In this document: piece by piece, positions 60,311 to 64,000 of the stretch | Numbering within the stretch: the first letter of the stretch is position 1 | How the letters are laid out: every line of letters begins with the position of its first letter | NCBI GenBank assembly: GCA_964016885.1 | Contig: OZ024747.1 | Location: 82,336,001-82,400,000, forward strand | Origin: Eledone cirrhosa | Taxonomy: Eukaryota | Length of the DNA: 64,000 bases | Direction of reading: 5' to 3' | The notes under the pieces: model-generated | What the model was told of the DNA's origin: nothing | Seen by the model: the letters and a program-made list of their open reading frames with translations, nothing else | Database searches by the model: none | Translations under genes and position numbers: made by a program

Positions 60311-60353
<43 letters not shown>

Positions 60354-60641
60354 AACATATTCCTCTGCAGGGTGATATGATCGTGGTAAACACCGTTAAT
60401 TCAAACGTCCAAAACATATGTTTCATGCTAGTGTTGCTAAGCAACATAATGCTATTGACAATATTCAGATGTTTGGATATTTCAGGATGTATGGCTCTAA
60501 AAAATTGAATGTTACGTATATAAATAGTTGTATACAAATTCTACTCTCATTTAAATACGTTAATCATATAAACATTTCTCTGCGATTACAACGTGATCCG
60601 TAACTAAACAACGCCTGGTAAACGGATAAAACCTACAACAT

Positions 60642-60986
<345 letters not shown>

Positions 60987-61073
60987 GTAAAAGGTAAACA
61001 GAAATAACAACACAATCAGTACAGTATATGGAAGGGATATATTAGATTAACGCTTGATATAGCAGGAAGAGGG

Positions 61074-61109
61074 TCTTAGCGTTTCGGACGCTAGTCCTTC
61101 ATCAGAAGA
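61074..61109 (-). ncRNA. Minimal hammerhead, family C (U16.1 to C), in insert 60984-61216
   Basis: Reverse complement: TCTT CTGATGA A GGAC tagc GTCC GAA ACGC T AAGA. Confidence 0.72.
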
Positions 61110-61214
61110 AAGAATTAGAAATAAGATAGATTGAGGGGACGGGCGGGTTGGAATTGGAAAACATGTCTGTAGATAAAAATAACAGGTCCATTCATGTTGA
61201 CATCTCTTACAAAA

Positions 61215-61294
<80 letters not shown>

Positions 61295-61345
61295 GGTGAA
61301 TTCCCGAAGTATACTGGAAGGACTACAGTTATGTATGTATGTATG

Positions 61346-61379
<34 letters not shown>

Positions 61380-61419
61380 TGTATGTATGTATGTATGTAT
61401 GTATATGTATGTATGTATG

Positions 61420-61455
<36 letters not shown>

Positions 61456-61484
61456 TGTATGTATGTATATATGTATGTATGTTT

Positions 61485-61662
61485 TCTTCTTTTCGGGTTA
61501 TAGCTACTGTCGCTCAGAGAGTGGGTTTGTTCAGTGCACGGTCTTTCCTCACTCTAAAAAATATCTTCACGCACAGGCATTGTACTATAGAATTAATTAA
61601 TAATTATTAATAATGTTATATCGTGCAATGGCCATACTCTATAACAAGGGGGCAGCCATCAT
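61485..61662 (+). mobile_element. Second RTE-derived non-autonomous family, 3' part, with (ATGT)n tail
   Basis: Reverse complement of 45862-46040. Confidence 0.78.
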
Positions 61663-61738
61663 GTATGTATGTATGTATGTATGTATGTATGTATGTATGT
61701 ATGTATGTATGTATGTATGTATGTATGTATGTATGTAT

Positions 61739-62107
61739 GCCTGACCTGACATGTGAAACCTGTAATAGGGTTTGTCTGAGCATGGCAAGTCTAAAGAGTC
61801 ACCCGAGAGTGCACAAGAACAGGGAAGCAGGCACCTGTGGAGCTATAAGTGTTCATCAGACGACGACATATGATGTTTGTGGAAGGGTATGCAGGTCGAG
61901 TAGTGATCTCACACGACACCTTGGGTCACATGGTACCATGGGCTCAGCGCTAGGTGTCAATAATTGTTACAAGTGTAGTGTTTGTACCAGAGTTTTCATG
62001 TCGCTAGCTGGACTAAAAAGTCACACTCGTTCAGCGCATCGGTAGGGGTTCTCCTACATGGATATAAAGTAGTGGCCGTACTCGAAAACGAGTTGGCAGC
62101 CACCACC
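61739..62107 (+). mobile_element. 3' fragment of a second RTE LINE family (three C2H2-like fingers + 3' UTR) in (ATGT)n
   Basis: [62 protein letters not shown] parallels the fingers at 19300-19590. Confidence 0.85.
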
Positions 62108-62219
62108 ATGTATGTATGTATGTATGCATGAATGTATGTATATAGCTATGTGTAATAATGTAACAATATTTAGCATACATCAAAACTGTAATTACACAAG
62201 AAACAAAAATGTCTTTCTC

Positions 62220-62306
<87 letters not shown>

Positions 62307-62330
62307 ATATAAAGTGTAAAGTCTGTCTTG

Positions 62331-62588
62331 TGCCACGAGGCTCATTTGGCCGGTGCTTATCCCGGTTTCATGGCGTGAAGCGACTGAGAGTACAAGACCT
62401 CTCCCTGGACAGGACGCCAGTCCATCACAGGGTTAAGCCCCTAGCTATTGCTGGTACTCATTTTCAGCTGAGTATACTGGAGCAACATGAAATGAAGTAT
62501 CTTGCCCAGAACACAACACGCAATCCAGGAATCGAACCCACGACATTATCATCGTAAGTCCAACACCCTACCATTATGTCACGTTCCT
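62331..62588 (-). mobile_element. tRNA-derived CORE-type SINE with a different tail
   Basis: Reverse complement has B box ggttcgattcc, ctgggcaagatacttcatttcatgttgctccag and gatggactggcgtcctgtccaggg. Confidence 0.78.
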
Positions 62589-64000
62589 CTACTATATATA
62601 TATATATATGAAAACAGAAATAACAAAGCAAATGACACAGTACAATGAAGAAATATATTATTACTTTTATACTTGATATAGTAGGAAAAGAGTCTTAACA
62701 TTCCAGTCGAGAGTGTTGCCGCGTGTGTACGTTTCTGGTCATTCGAATGCGTGCAAATCAACATGTACCTGCCATATTTTGTAGCAAGCCATGTAAATGA
62801 AACAATTTACTGCTACTGCTATTTGCTTTCTCCAGATAACGAATTAACTGTTATCATTTAATTAGAAATACATTCGGTCCCATTCATTTGTATTTGAATC
62901 TTACTGCCAAAATATACCAATTATTTGTACCGATTCTATTCTGTCGTGAAACCTTACTTTATGCTATTGCTAGGATTATATTTTTATTGATTAAAAGGTG
63001 TTTTAATTTACTTGTAGCATTGTAGAATGTTTAGAAAACAATTTTCTATAGAATGTTTCGGCAAAGCAAATATAACGTTAAACATTATCAATAACAATAA
63101 CAAGTGTTGAAAATTTATCTTGGTCAATGATATAATTCAGTTTGCCTCCATTTGTAGCTATCGCATACCTCCATGTTGTCTTAATTCTTGAATTCTTTTG
63201 CTAATAGTATTTTCTCCGACACATATCAGCAACCAATTAAATATTTCCAAGGTAACATTTTCACACCTTTGTTACTGGTATTTTTTAATATTTAATGTAC
63301 TATTTTCATTGAGTAGCCTTCTAAAACGGTATATTTTTATTGTATTTTTTTCTTACAGTCACTAGATCAGTCATAATCGAACAAACCAATAATCAATGAC
63401 ATTCCAGCTCTGATCATCCAGTCATTTAATACTATATAGAACTGACTGAAATAACGTATTTAATGTAGTCGGTGTGAATTGAAAAAGACTTGATTTTCTG
63501 TTGTTCTTTTTTCTTTTTTCTTTTGCTGTAAATACTCTTAAACTTGTTTAAATTTCCTGTTTTCTCCTCCGCTTAGGACAGAATAATTTGCTTTTGTCGA
63601 GCTTTATTGGATTTTGTTTTTAATTTCTCACCGGAATTTTATTTTCTTTAAATTGATTCTAAATTTGGTGTCTTCGACGGTGGCAACGTTGTGTGCTTAA
63701 AAAAATGTAAACATAACAACTATGAAAAAAAATTTGATTCTATTTGAAAAAAAAACTGAATTTGAAATAACATTATAAAAACAACGTTTCAGTGAGAAAC
63801 GTCATATGTAACAAGACTAAAATTATGAACAATGATATTAACATTATCAATATGAACACTAACAATATCAATATTTCTATTGGCGTCGGTAGCTTTACTG
63901 TCTTTAGTATCAATAATTACAACGACAATAACATTGAAACGATGCTGAAACAAAGTCATTGAGAAAAGCAGCAAGACCAACCACATCCCTCGCCTTAGTA

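Overview
AT-rich, microsatellite-saturated eukaryotic DNA. The SINE/LINE repertoire and (TA)n/(TACA)n density suggest an octopod cephalopod (inference). No host protein-coding gene is supportable, and nearly all ORF-track entries are microsatellite artefacts. Real coding remnants are three Penelope-like element (PLE) fragments with GIY-YIG endonuclease, RTE-clade LINE pieces (one about 2 kb with RT and three C2H2 fingers) and two R4/Dong-like restriction-endonuclease fragments. The window also holds tRNA-derived SINEs, a hAT-type MITE and three large minisatellites. The main hidden signal is about 25 type-I hammerhead ribozyme (HHR) motifs from more than ten sequence families, read by eye, in the short islands between (TA)n tracts. 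Many have palindromic stem III. They occur as tandem or slightly-more-than-unit-length copies (470, 541 and 697 bp units), as fold-back palindromes, and at PLE 3' ends. This looks like a (TA)n-targeting PLE plus retrozyme/circRNA system. One insertion ends exactly at a predicted self-cleavage site, and one family has a shared U4A core variant. All structures were folded manually and none is experimentally verified.
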